This document shows positions 34,170-54,672 of a DNA stretch of 64,000 bases, piece by piece; the first letter of the stretch is position 1; each line of letters starts with the position of its first letter. The stretch lies in assembly GCF_009914755.1 (NCBI RefSeq), contig NC_060938.1, one strand, 5' to 3'. Origin of the DNA: the human T2T-CHM13v2.0 reference genome, Homo sapiens. The position numbers were made by a program, and so were the translations under genes. The notes under the pieces were generated by a model. It worked only from the letters and a program-made list of their open reading frames with translations. It had not been told where the DNA came from and ran no database searches.

Positions 34170-34990
34170 AAATGCCCAAAAGTAAGCAAAAGATATGGCT
34201 TTAAGCCTACTCAAAATGCAGCTCAAATTAAGAAGTTTTCATAAATGGAGAACCTTCAAAGACTAATGAGCATATGAAAAGAAGAGAAGTTTTAAATCTT
34301 TGCTCACTGGTTCATGTATATCTGAAAGATACTGCAAAGAGCCCATTAAAAGAGAACATTCATAGGATCCAACTTCGATTTCACAAGTTCAAGTTAGCTC
34401 TGTGCTTTAAAACCATTTTCCATGAGAAAGGGGTTAAACTTATGATGACATTTAATGTGTCAATAATGATGGACATTTAACACATGGATAGTCTCATAAT
34501 GACTTCAGAGATGCAAAGCACCAGATTAGTAAGGAGCTTATTCACCAAAACAAGCCAAAAAGTGGATGAACATCTTTGAAGAGTTGTTAACTATGTTCTA
34601 CAAGCCTACAAATCTACTGTTCTTAGTAAGTAAAATCCGAAATGCTCCATGCTCAAATGCTTTTGTCGAGAGGATATTTATTTTGATATCATCACATTGA
34701 ACTGACACCAAGAATCGGTGTAACATGGGCTTGTTGAAGGCAGAGCTGCATGTTAAAGTGAATTTAACATTTGCTGTCTGCAGTTTTACCACTCTATAAA
34801 AGAAGATGCCCTAAACGCTGCAGGCACTAAGAGAATTATTAATGGATTAGGACACAGAAAATTAAAATACTCTATTGTGCCATGGGACAGAAAGAAATAT
34901 GTCATTGTTTTTTGCAATAGCAATATCTGTTCATAAATAGTAATACTGTATAAGTGGTTTGTAAACAATTTACAATTATAGTATCTGTTA
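34170..34990 (+). mobile_element. hAT transposase fossil (Blackjack-like), C-terminal dimerisation domain
   Basis: Frame from 34611 reads NLLFLVSKIRNAPCSNAFVERIFILISSH*TDTKNRCNMGLLKAELHVKVN, the hAT PxSNAxVERxFS...W..xRNR motif. KWMNIF lies upstream. 5' boundary is approximate. Confidence 0.75.
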
Positions 34991-35457
34991 TTTTAAAAAA
35001 ATGAACAGTACAATAAATCATCACTTAACCTCATCAGTAAGTTCTTGGAAACTGTGACTTTGAGCAAAACAATGTATAATGAAACGAATTTTACCATAGG
35101 CTTATTGATATAAACAGGAGTAAAAGTTCCTAAAGTAGATTTGTTGTCACAAAAACATAACCAAACTTCTAAACAGACTCAAAACGCTTCTAATATTAAA
35201 CATTGAAATAAATGAAAGCCATATTTACATTTAAGAAAGATTAATAAAAACAAGTAAAATAATTATTTACCTTATTTTTGGTGATTAGTGACAGTGGTGA
35301 TGTCAGAAATTGTCAGGAGTTCCTCCTGTCACCATGCAATTGAGTCATTTATTGTCATGCATTTATATGATTATTGTAGACTTATTAAAAATTTTTATTT
35401 TACAATAATTTCTCATTTATTTTCTAACCCATATATTCCACTCAAGGGAGGTGGGTG

Positions 35458-35871
<414 letters not shown>

Positions 35872-35959
35872 TTAAAACACTCATATGCCTACACTTTCTC
35901 AGACTGGGAAATTTAAACACTGGTTCACCAAACTTGCACATCTTTAGGATGCAGGAAGG

Positions 35960-36520
35960 GTCAACCTACGATAATCAAAAGGATCAGAATCTAATTGAAA
36001 GAGAATTTGTTCAAGCACAGAGTATGAGGCTAGACCACCTGGAAACACCGATGCCAAAAGAATGGAGTCAGCATTCAAAAGTAGGCACGTTAAGATTTTA
36101 TCTACAGGCAGAGACAGAGGTGCTTTCAGCAGGATTACATTATTTGTATTATACAAGGCTGGCACATAATTATAGCAGTTGATTCCTTATAGGCAGCGTT
36201 TCCTTTTGGGAAGGGTACATTTAGCAGTTTATAAAGAGGATGTAATAATCATGAGTTTGCTGTCATCTGGTCTAAGCAAAGCAGGACAGAAAAAGGGGAA
36301 GTTAATTTATAATAAGCGTCGCTAATTAAGAAGGCAGGAGGTTTTTGCCCCTGACATTGTTTCATTCTCTCTAGTAATTGTAAAAGAAGAAAGCAAGTTA
36401 ATCTATAATCTGAGAACAGAAGTTGTAATCATATGAGGCTCAGATTACAGTCCTATTTCTCTCAAGGCTTAAAATGTTTTTTGGGGTTCCAACAGCTTTT
36501 AAATTTTATTTCTTTTCACA
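35960..36520 (-). mobile_element. ERV1 (MER4-group) solo LTR
   Basis: Minus strand starts tgtgaaaagaaataaaatttaaaagctgttggaacc. 4-bp TSD aagg (35956-35959 / 36521-36524) splits the MER47-type host. Confidence 0.7.
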
Positions 36521-36951
36521 AAGGAAACTGGTGTACCTAAAGAAAACCCAGGCAGACATGGGGAGAGCTACAAATTCCACACAGCCAGTGGCCCCAGACA
36601 GAAATAGATTTCTTTCTAGGCAGTGTTACAACAAAATGACATTGAATGAAATGACATTATTTGAGGAACTACTGTATATTAAGACAAAAAATACATTTGG
36701 AAAAAATGGCAATTAGAATTGCTACAAAATGTAGATGTTAAAATGAATGTGCAGAATAGTAGACATTGTTTAAGGGAAAATTATCTAAAATACCTGAAAC
36801 AGTGAAATGAGAGAATGAGTATACTCAAAAAAGATGAAGATATATGGAAGACAATTAAAAGGGAAAACATATGTCTGATTAGAAAAGCCTGATCCAGTAA
36901 GTCCAAGAGAAGAGTTTCCTCTAACTATAGGTAAAATAGAAATTAGATAGA

Positions 36952-37391
<440 letters not shown>

Positions 37392-37893
37392 TTAAAAAAT
37401 TAGATGAGATAAATACTTTTCTACTAGTGTTTATAAATTATTATAAACATTTCTAGAAAATGAACCAGGGAATTTATAGATCTATAGTATTGAATGACAT
37501 TTAATTATTAATGTGACATGAATCCCCCAAAATGTTTACAGGTAACGCTTCACAATATCTTTGGGGAATAAAAAGCTCTTCCATATAAATAATCTTTCAG
37601 AGATTAGAAGAAAATAAAAACAATCCCAGGATGGACTATCTAACTCATGATATACGGGAAATTATAGTTCTAAAATGCATATATAAAATATTCTGGGTTA
37701 GATATGTTTTAGAATTTACCATTTGCTTTATTTTTAGAGTGGTAATGTCTATATATTTGCAAATTATGTAATATGCTCAATAATGTACAACAGTCTATTA
37801 TAGTAATAGCAACCTGTTTATATGAATATTCATATTTCTGTAACAAAATATATAACTACTTGCACTAAATTAGAAAAAGACTACTGTGACTAT

Positions 37894-38606
<713 letters not shown>

Positions 38607-38608
38607 GA

Positions 38609-38626
38609 TGATGTCAGGAGTGGGAT
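38609..38626 (+). other. Primer-binding site, tRNA-Leu
   Basis: tgatgtcaggagtgggat is a 17/18 match to TGGTGTCAGGAGTGGGAT, the complement of the tRNA-Leu(CAG) 3' end. It lies 2 nt after the 5' LTR. Confidence 0.85.
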
Positions 38627-41000
38627 CCAAAATGGAGCTTCTAGCAACCCCCAGGATCACTGAGTGAACACACAAAGTATCTGCAAGACCCATTTGTGTC
38701 CATTGATCTCTCAGAGCAGCTGGGATAGTGGGTGAGCTCCTTCTTGGATTTTGAAGCTCCACGGATTTGTTTTTTGAGCTCTCTGAGTTTCTTTGAGCAA
38801 ATTTCTGATCCAAACTGGGTTTGAAGTCGAGAAAGAAACTAGATTGGGTCCAGGAATGGATTTGATCTGGGAATTAACTGGCTTAGATCCAGCTAGAGGC
38901 CTCCTACATCTGACTGGGTCAGAAAGGAACTGGTAGTAAGCAGTAATATTACAGGGGTTATAAAACTTGGCTTTTGAAAATTCAGAGGGAATTTTGTGTT
39001 CTACCCCTTTGTTTCATTTTTCTTGCACACTTAGATAAGAAAAATCATTGGACAAGTTAATCAAGAGAACCTAGCCAATATTTTAGGCAAATGGGATCCT
39101 TAATTTTGAGAAAACTGAGTTCCTTCTGGCCTATACTTTAGGCCTGGGAGGCAGCGAAGTCTTACAGAAACTGCAAAATCTAACTAAAGATAACTTAATA
39201 GTGGAACTTTCCGTATGAACAACAATGCATTGAAGTACGATTAAAAGTGAGGGCTCTTGGTAAAGTCCCTTCTGGCTAAGAACAGTTTTGGCACAACAGG
39301 ATGTCAACTGCTATTCTCTTTGGAATAATCTGCCTTGCACTCTTTGCTGACGGCTGTGGGTGACAAGATTAGGCATGTACAGGATCGTGGGACATGGGGA
39401 GCTTTTTCCTCCCTAAGAGGGGAAACTAGAGGTGATGAGACTGCTGGAAAAAATCCCTTTGCTACCAAGAAGCAGCCACCTGAACTTTTCAGTGTCACTG
39501 CAATGGGTGGGTCTTTCTCTGGCCTCCCTGATCATTTTGCCTGCCCCACCCTGCCACAGGCAATGCTTTTCTCTTTCTCCTTTCCCTTTCTTATCTTTTC
39601 TATTACTCAGGGTGACTATCTTGCCCAGAGACCCCGTGTTGAAACTCCTAGTTGGAGGTTGGATTAAAGATGTCGGGGCCCATCTGAAGGCAAATTTGAG
39701 CCTTACCAGTTTGATATTGGGTGCTAAGCAGAGTGGCTAATGTCTATGTTTTATTACACGTATTTTGCTCTGGATAATTTTCCTTTATGATGCGTCTTGG
39801 CCCCCAGGGCAATGGTGCCGCAAGCTGAGTCACTAGGGCAGCTCAGAGAAAGGGAACCCAGAAGCCTGGCGTGTGGGCAAAAACGTAAAAATTTCTTACC
39901 AGTCAGATTTTTGGCTTCTCTCTTTCTGTGCAAACAGTCGAATGAATGGTAAAAATCACTGTTTATCTCTTCTGTAAATTTTTTATTAATGAGAAAAAGA
40001 ACTGTGAGGCTAGTCCTTAAACTGATGTGCTATGAGTTTGTTTTTCTGTTTCGGGGGGTACCTTAGGATAAAACATGGGCTTAGGACCCCATAAGCTTGC
40101 AGTCAAGATGGCCCAGCAAGCTGTTCAGTAACAAACTTTCCTACAGGTCTCTGAAACAAGCCAAAAAACTAGATGGGGTCTCTATCTTGTTTTATGATCT
40201 TGGGAGCTTGACCTTGTAACCACATGACAGTATTTTTGGTCTCCACCTACCAGGGAACAGGAATTTTAGGGTTTATGTCATAGTTAGCTCTAAAAATTAT
40301 CTTGAGTAGTCAAAAACCTTTACAAGCTCAAAATTAACTACTCTAGACTCCTTCAGGGAAGTGTGATAGAGACTGTCCTGTGCCATAGCTCAGTAGCTAG
40401 GTTCTTTCCCTTTCGCAATGGTGGTCTGAGTGGGATTCCCTGCTTAGGAAGTAAGTCCTTTCTGGTTTCATATCCACCTGACCTGTTGTCTTTACCTCCA
40501 CAGACTATCTTAAATTTTCCTTTCTCTGAGCACCTGGGAGGTTACCTTTGGTAAAATTCAAAAGCCAGAAATATTGGCCATTTGGCCTGGCTAAAATTGG
40601 GTAATAAGAAATTTTAAAAGGACTTTATTAAAGAGTGCTACGGTTAAAAGCAAGCTTAATTAAAACTGGATATTAAGGTTTGAACAGCCTGGACTCCATG
40701 GGAAAAACAGGAGGCACTAGAAACCCCTTTCCTGGCCCTGTTCTTCCAAGGACTCCACGATAAAGCAAATAACCAGGTGAGAAACTTAAAAACAGACAAA
40801 TGAAAAATCTTTCAACTACTGTAGTAATCTTCCAACTGTCTGTGTAATTATATATTGTTGTGCATAATATTTATATAAAAGAGCTCTAATTTATTGGCTT
40901 AAACAAAAATAAGCACTTACATATTTTGAAAGCAAAATAAAAAGTGTTCATGCCTTTTAGTTCATGTGACTTAAGTAATCTTGGGGATAAAGATAGTTTT

Positions 41001-44085
<3,085 letters not shown>

Positions 44086-46309
44086 AAAATTATTGGTAAA
44101 ATAAAGACATTTGGTCTTAATTATGCAGGTCAGATACTAAGTTTACTAAATGCTTTAAGGTTATAAACTGCTTCTTAGGCTGTTGAAAATTGTTCAGTTT
44201 ACCTACCTTGGAGATATTAGATTCTAGATAAGGCCTGGGGAGATGTGGACTAGTTGGTCATGCCCCCTAGCTGTGCAGGAGAGTTAGCCCTTATCTGCAC
44301 TTCTGCCTGGTGTGTTCTAGGCTAGACTCCACACCTAGTACTTAATTAGAATTCCTTACTTACCAAGGTTTTCACCAAAAGTAAAAGTCTCTGAGAGTTA
44401 ACATTGCCATATGTAATTGAGACTACTGAAAAAATAAGTTTACATTCAAGATGTGTAAGAAGAATAAAATCTGTTTTTGTAAGAGATTATAAGATGGTAT
44501 GGGAACGTAAATTTTTGCCTAGGTTAGAGGGTTAAAGGATTGTTTCAAATTAAATAACGCTAGAGGTTTGAACAAGTTGCGGTAGGTTTATAAAAATTAA
44601 TTGTAAGATATTTTATGTGTGAACATACTGACAAAAGTTAAAATGACATTATTCAGTTTTTTTCCATAAATTGGACATTGGAATAAAAGCACAACAGAGT
44701 TTTCTTGAAAAAATATTGTAAATGGTTATGAAAGGTTTATAAAAATATTACCTTTTGGTCAAACTAATTAAAACTGAATAGATTTATAAAATGTTATTAA
44801 AAGCTAGCTTTAATATTTGAAGTATACTAATGAAAACATAAAACTTGTTTTTCTCTTCTCAAAATGATTTTTATGTAATAGTAAAATATAATGAAAAGTT
44901 TTTGTTTACCTTTTAAGTAAACTACAAAAGAAAATGGGGGGAAAGGAAAGAAAGGAGACAATCAGTTGGCCTCATGCTGTCTTCACTGGGTCCTGTTTGG
45001 AAAGCTAAGTCTCCTCTATCAGCATAATATTTTTTCCTTTAAAAAATTTTTGAATTATCATTTTGGCTAAGTAAATGACTTATGGTAACCTAAGATTCTA
45101 TTTTATGATATCCAATGTTTTAAACCTTTGGTATTTAAACCTTTAAAAATCAAGCTCTAGATTATCATGCTAAATCAGCCAATACTAAAATTGTTTAAAT
45201 ATACTATTTGAATGAGCTACATGGTCTAAGTCAAATTACCTATGATAACCCATTAGTTATCAGTGCTATGCAGCTACATTGGAGAAACAACTGGTATTCA
45301 AGAGGACATAAGTCCGATGTTAAGCATGGACTCATAAAGACCCAAGACGTCCACCTTGTCCTTCCTGAGTCCTAAAAGTTTTGTTATTAAAGGTTCTGCA
45401 TTCCATGACTTGTCATGGAAAAGATAAAATAATCCAAATCAAATATATTGATATGGTGACTTATAAATTGTGTGAATAGTTTAAAACCAGTGTTTGGTTC
45501 CATATTCCTGGAAAGACAATGAAAGCTTCAGGTATATTTGGCTACCTGATGGGCCATTTAAAAATTTATAAAGGGATTTCATTCAATTGTTATTTTCAGT
45601 GCATGTTTTCTGGTTGTATAAAGCTTTCCCATGCAAGGGGGCTGATGTTATAACAGTAGATTATTATGCTACAGTGTATTTTCACCAGGTAAAGAAAGCT
45701 TTTTATGGTTCACAGAGGACAGTTCCTTCACAATCTAGAACCTAAGGACTGGATCTTCTGAGAACATCAGAGAAAGACTGTCCTCGCCATCCACACTACA
45801 GCAAAACTTTGGAGTTTTGAACCTTGGGTTCCTAATCTCACAACTGAGAAAGGTCCTGCCACATCCCTGGAACTGTACACCCATTGGTACCCTTAAAGTA
45901 AAACTAACCAGGAAAGTTTCTCTCCAGAAGAAGATGGCGTCCTTGATCTGAACAGCTTTTCCCAGGATCATGGCTCAAAATGTCTACTATCACAAGACTC
46001 TTATCTTTGAATATCTTTCTTTGTTTATGCCTCTGTGAACAATAGAAATGAAAAGAAGATCTATTATAAGCAGTTATAGGGTATACTTTTATTTGTGAAG
46101 AATTTTGCAGCCAGCCTTATACATGAATAAACTTATACTTTAATAGATGAAAGATGAAAGCCCAATGTAGGTGAGAAACTTTAGTGGTACATATGCTACC
46201 TCATAATCAGTCAAAACTCTTCTTAACCCACATCACAGATTAAAGAGAACATTGCCTTCTCTCTTCTAGAGTGAAGGCCTTCACTCTTCTAGAAAGACAT
46301 CATTTGTTA

Positions 46310-46760
46310 GGTCCTTTTCCATGGTTTAGAATAAAAGAGGAAATAATTAGAAATGTCTCCCTCATAATAGGCTCTACAGCAAATTCTACTTTAAAGGCTA
46401 TTGTTACACAATACACTTTAACTTCTCTTGTGAAATTATGCTAAATAATAGAATTGGCTAAACAGAAAAGTACCTGTGCAGCTGCTGACGCTTGTGGCCT
46501 CTGGAGAAATATATCAAATGTAGATTATAAAAAATCAGTTGTAGGGGATTAATGAAAAGACCACTTACTCGAACGAGTAGACTCTTTATCTAGCTCATTC
46601 TTTAATCTAGTTAATTTTATGTGGTTTGGTTATGAGGACCCTAGGTAAGGAGCATACTCCAAACTCTTGGTATTATCCTCCTGACCGTCATAATAATAGT
46701 CTCCCTGGTGTGCTGTATTCTTTCAAAAGTTTTAAATGTTTGCATGCATCCATTTCCCGG
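46310..46760 (+). pseudogene. Degenerate ERV env TM-subunit remnant
   Basis: MLNNRI (immunosuppressive-domain-like), a Cys-containing segment, and TM helix VRSILQTLGIILLTVIIIVSLVCCILSKVLNVCM. Frameshifted. Confidence 0.7.
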
Positions 46761-47280
46761 ATGTCAAATGATTTTTCTCCAACTGGAATGACAAAAGCTG
46801 AAAGAAGTGTGCCACCATGAGGACACCATATCCTATGACTGACGTACTGAGACTGGAAACCCAAAATGATGGTAACTGAGAGTGGTGCTAAGGCCCTAAG
46901 TTTTGGTCACACTCTCACCTAAGTGAGAACCTGGCAAAAAGGGGGGCATCTTTTAAAACCAAATTATTGGAGGCCATTATTTTGAACTGAGCGTATGCAC
47001 TAGTCCCCAACAAACCAAACCAAACTAAAATGGAGTCACTCATGCTAAATGTGACATAATCAAACTAAGGCTTCAAGAAAATACATAGATCCTAGAACAG
47101 ACCAGGTTTTGTTTTTTCTCCTGTAAACAGAATGTGCCAGCCTAAGGAGGTACCCTCTACTTAGTCCTCCCTCCTTGCAAAACCCACTATTGTTTCCAGT
47201 GAGGTTCAAAACCATAGAAGTACATTTACGATAATGATACTAAAGGTTATGGTCATTCTCTCAAAATTGAGAAAATGACC

Positions 47281-47293
47281 AAAAGGGGAAAAT
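47281..47293 (+). other. Polypurine tract
   Basis: aaaaggggaaaat immediately before the 3' LTR. Confidence 0.85.
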
Positions 47294-48015
<722 letters not shown>

Positions 48016-48279
48016 CTATTTATGCACATACTGTATTTTGCTAAAGTGGTAAATGAAATAGTGGGATAAATATAAACTGTAAATACTAGAAGTTCTTATT
48101 TTCAATGCATATATTTAATAAAACTTCTCACATATGCAGATCCAAACTACATTGTATCTGTACACATATGTGCAATACACATTGATTACAAATTTTTGAG
48201 GATATTGGAAATGGAGCTTTATTATTGCTGCTGTATTCAACCTGGAGTTGGACATCTCTTCACAATGATGGAATAGGGT

Positions 48280-48620
48280 ACTTAGGGATAAAATAACACT
48301 ACAAAAGCTGTTTTAAAAGCCTTTTAGAACACTATGGTATTGTTATCTGGTCCACTCATATGGTTCTCTGTCTAAGTAATACCACTTTAACTGAATAAAT
48401 GGCCTTGAATCTCTTGCTCACTGAAAAATGCTGTTCAAGGGGAGCAGTTAATAGAATACCCATTAATACTATGTCACTAACAGTGGTTTTATCACCTGCA
48501 TTTGCATCATTAACATCTTCAGGAATATCTTATGCTTACAATTAGTTAACAGCAGTAGAGTAATTTCCCCATTATGCAAAGAAAACATAACCAATATATC
48601 ATTATCAATGTTTATCTTTT
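48280..48620 (-). mobile_element. Possible pogo/Tc2-type transposase fossil
   Basis: Frameshifted minus-strand translation LLPLN...SVSKRFK.HL resembles the LQPLDxSVNKPFKDHL DDE motif. Confidence 0.35.
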
Positions 48621-49039
48621 TTCTATGTCAACTTCTAACATATTTAAACATTTGATAAACTTTTGGAGTAATACAGTTTGATACTCACTTCTCAATAATA
48701 AAGTTCCAATTTCAAAGTTCTAGTTTCAATTTCAAACATCATTATAGGACAAATTTTACACTAAAGTCATTTGTTAAAGTTCACTTATTAACATTAACAT
48801 TTATTTATTATAAATTTATTATACATGAGTCTCCTTAAGATAAAATTATTTCAGGAAATAATGATTCCTTATCTTTATTCACTGCAGGAAGTATGCAGGG
48901 CAAAAAAAATATTTAAATACAATTTCATGGGGATTAAATGTTTTTCATCAAAAAGCTCTACTTAAAATGTCATTTTGGAGCTAAAGTAAATGCTGAAATC
49001 CTAGATTTTTGTAAAGAAAACTAGAAAAGGGATCAATGC

Positions 49040-50790
49040 TTTTCCTTTTTTTTTATATTAAGGTATAATTGATATTTGGTACAACTCACTCTTTTTAGTG
49101 AAGATTTCTGCAAGTTTTGGCAAATGCTTGCAGTCATGTCTATCAAAATCATTCCCCAAACTCCACAATCCCTCTTTGCAATCAACACTTCCATTCATGC
49201 CCAGTCCCAAGCAACTTCTGCTCCATTCCACTTTCTGTCACTGGAGTTTTTTCTCTTTTAGAATGTTGTATAACTGGAATCATATATAACTTTTTAATTG
49301 TGACTTCTTTTACTCGGCATAACCCATTTGAGATTCATTTATGTTATTGCATAGATTAATAATTTGTTTCTTTTTATTGAGGAGTAGCATTATGATATTG
49401 CTATTCCACTATTGTATGGATGCACAACGATTTATTTATTAATTCAATAAATGAAGCATATTTGGGCTGTTTCTAGTTTTTAGCAAATATGAACAAAGTA
49501 TACATGTTTCCATGCAGGCTTAGTATACATGTTTGCATACAGGCTTTTGTAAACAAAATTTTAATTTACTTGAATATATACTTGGCAGTTGGAATGCTGT
49601 GTCATATGGTAAGTATATGTTTACATTTATATAAATGTGCCACACTCTTTTTGCAAGACTTTCTCCTTAGTTCAGCTGAAAATCAGGTTCTTATCACACG
49701 ACCAGGAAAGATTAGTCTCTCAGACACTTTGAAGGGTAAAGAGGAAGGGAATTTATTGGAAGCAAAGGAAAAAGGAAGAACAGCACAGCAAAATGACAGG
49801 GATTACTGTTAACAGGCCCCCATCTCACCGATTGAATCCCAGGTTACCACAGGAACAGGAGGGGCCAGGCTCCTCCCACTTGCAAATGTGTGTGGCTCCA
49901 CCCTGTTCTCCCAGTGCGCAGCTGATTGGAGATTCTTCCGGGACCGCGTTATACTTGGCTGCCTCACTCTGTTCCAAAGCAACTGTACTTTTTATACTTC
50001 CAGCATCAATGTATGAGAGTGCCTGTTGCTCTGCAGCCTCACAAACACGAAGCACTTGGTATTTTCTCTCTCTCTGTGTGTTTTAAGTCATTCAATTAGT
50101 TGTCTGGTAGTAGGTAGTGATGTAATAATTTACACTTCCCTGAAGACTAATGATGTTGAGCCAACTGTTCATGTGTTTATTACCCTTCGTATATCTTCTT
50201 GGGAGAATTATCTGTTCAAACCTTTTGCACATATTTAATGGGTTGATTACATACTTACTGAGTTTTGCTAAGACTGTATATATTCTGGATCCAAGCCCTT
50301 TTATCCAGAAGCTTGCAAATATTTTTCTCACAGCATGGGATGTCTTTTGTTCTCTTAGCAGTGTCTTTAATTTTAATTAAGTACAATTTATTTATTTTTA
50401 CGTGGGATTTCTTTGGAACTGTAATATGGAATTTGCTTAAATCATGGCTGTAACAATTTTCTCCTGTTTCTTACAGAATTATTTTCAGGTTTTATATTTG
50501 TGGTCATGAGCCATTTTGAGTTCATTTTTGTGTAAGGAAGAAAGTATAGATTAAGGTTCTGTTTTCTATAAGGATGCTTAATTGTTCTTGCACCATGTGT
50601 TGAAAATACTATCGTAGCTACATAGAATTGCCTTTGCATTTTTTCAGAAATCAATTGACCATGTATGTGTGGTTGTCTTCAGTACTTCCAGTTCTGCTCC
50701 ATTGATCTGTATCTATACTTCTCCAGTACCACATTGTCTTAGCTACTATGTCTTTACAGTAAGTTTTGAGTCAATTGATGAGCATCATAC
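49040..50790 (-). mobile_element. Old L1M 3' fragment
   Basis: Reverse L1 ORF2/3'UTR phrases (gactaatgatgttgagc; aaatcaattgaccatgtatgtgtgg). Confidence 0.75.
49649..49966 (-). mobile_element. MER61-like ERV1 solo LTR
   Basis: Minus strand starts tgaggcagccaag...gcgcactgggagaacagggtggagccac. 4-bp TSD ctct (49645-49648 / 49967-49970). Confidence 0.85.
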
Positions 50791-51730
50791 AATTTTTAAA
50801 AATTTATTTTGATACGATTTTACATTTGCATGAGAATTACAAAAGTAGTACACAGAGTTTACTTACATCTTTTAGGCAGCATTCCATCATGTTATATCTC
50901 ATATAACTATTGCACATTTGTCAAAAAATAAATTACTATTGGCACAATACTCTTAACTAAACTACAGGCTTTCTCTAGCCTTCCAGGATCTATCCAGATT
51001 ACCTAGCTGCATATACTAGTAATTTATATAGGTTCATTATTCTGCTTCAATGCATGACAATGTCATCACCATTCTGTTTTTCTGACTTAGACACTCTGAG
51101 AGCAGTAATCAGGTATTTTACAAAACGTTTTTCTCTTGTTTTTTGTTCCAGATGTTTCCCCGTGATTAGCCCGAAGTTATGGATTTTAGGAAAAAAATAA
51201 AACAAGGTGGCATGTCCCCTTTATCACATAATATCAAGTGATACACGATGTCCACCTGACATTGCTGGTGACAGTATGTTGATCACATGGTGAAGGTACT
51301 GTATCTTGGGTTTCTCCACCCTAAAGTTACTATTCTTTCCTTCCAAACTCCATTATTTAGAAGTAAGTCACCATTTCCACCCCAAAATCAAGAAAAGAAA
51401 TTAAGCTTCTCTCAGAGAAAGCAGTATCACAGATTTTGTAGACATATGGTAAAACCACAAAAGTAATTTAACACGTATTTTGGACAATATATTTTAGGCT
51501 TTACAATTATCCTTTGTACCTAAACTTTAGCCCAGTAACTTTAGTATTCTTAAGTTCATCTTGCCTCGGTAATTGTTTCATTACTGTTCTAAAGGTGATT
51601 TTTTTCTCATTCCTTCTGTATTTGTTATTTGGAATTTCTCTGTGAAACATTGTTTCTTCTCCCTCATTTATTCACATGATTGAATAAATATTTATTCAAT
51701 TATTTATTTATATCAACATAGGTTCAATAA
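50790..51730 (-). mobile_element. Old L1MC/MD-type 3' end
   Basis: ttggcacaatactcttaactaaactacag; gtttctccaccctaaagttactattc. Confidence 0.65.
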
Positions 51731-51749
51731 TATGTTTATTTTATTTTGT

Positions 51750-51915
51750 TTAGTTTTTAAATAATTTTAGATCTTATTTTAGATTCACGGGTTACATGTG
51801 CAGAGTTGTTAAATGAATATATTGCATGATGGTGAGGTTTGGGGTACAAATGATCCCATCACCCAGGTAGTGAGTGTAGTACTCTACAGTTAGTTTTTCA
51901 ACACTTCCCCTCTTT
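51750..51915 (-). mobile_element. L1PA15/16/L1PB 3'-terminal fragment
   Basis: acatgtgcagagttgtt...aatgatcccatcacccaggtagtgag. Confidence 0.75.
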
Positions 51916-51918
51916 CTA

Positions 51919-53150
<1,232 letters not shown>

Positions 53151-54008
53151 TTACCTGAAATTTCTACTTCATCAATAAGATAATATATATTTTATTAAAA
53201 AAGATAATTGAGCTTAATAGTAGCTTACATCAAGAACAAAATATTGAGATTATGAATTGATTTTAAACAATTAGATGATCAGGATTAATCAAACAACTCT
53301 AGCAAATCGGTGTTACATGTATGTACTTACACAATAAAATGTGCAATATAAGAAAGTTTGTTAGTTAATAATATAAGATGACCATTTTTATCGTTATAAG
53401 TCATCAGCTTCAGAGACTCTCTGTTAAAATTAGCCCATCAACCTCATCATAATCAAAATTATCCATTTTTTACTTTTAGAGTACATAATGATTTCTTATG
53501 TGTTCAGTGTGTGTTCATTTTTCATACTGAGCCAAAAATTACAAAAACAAAATTCAGGCACTGAGAACTAGAAATGCTTAAGAATTAGAACAATATAATA
53601 ATGTCTTTTCTATTGAAGAGATTAGTTCAAATTAATAATTAGATTAGCGAGAGAAAAAGAGAGAAGCCATTATTTGTTCTAGAACATTTTCACTCTTCAT
53701 ATTATCTTAATTTTGGTGACTTTAGATTTTTATATATCAATTTTTAGTGTTAAATTAATAATGTACTTTTTAATAGCAGCAAATATACAAAGTACCTAAG
53801 AATGAATTTAAAGAAAATATGAAAGATAAAAATAACAAAGTATTGAGAGACATTAAGGAAGAATCAAAATAAATGGAGAGATACAGCATGTTTATACAAT
53901 CATGCATCATATAACATTTCAGTGAATAACATTCTGTGTGTATTACAGTAGTCCCATAAGATTATGATGGAATTGAAAAATTCTTATCACCTAGTATTTA
54001 CTGTACTA

Positions 54009-54250
54009 CAATTGTCCCTCAGTATAAGCAGAGGAATGACTCCAGGACTTCTCACATATACCAAAATGCACACATACTCAAGTCCTGCAGTTGACCCTAT
54101 AGAACCTGTGTATATAAAAAGTTGGCCTTCCATGTATATGCATATTTCACATCCTGCAAATACTGTATTTTTAATCCATGTTTGGTTGAAAAAGATCTGC
54201 TTATAACTGGACATGTACATATTAAATCTATGTTATTCATTAGATAGCTG
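54009..54250 (+). mobile_element. MER8 (Tigger MITE) nested in Tigger3
   Basis: caattgtccctcagtata...actcaagtcctgcagttg..., with TA duplication on both sides. Confidence 0.85.
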
Positions 54251-54319
54251 TATATTTGTTATTGCTATTTTACAGTGTACTCCTGCTTAATAAAAAGAGT
54301 TAACTATAAAAAAACAGCC

Positions 54320-54672
<353 letters not shown>

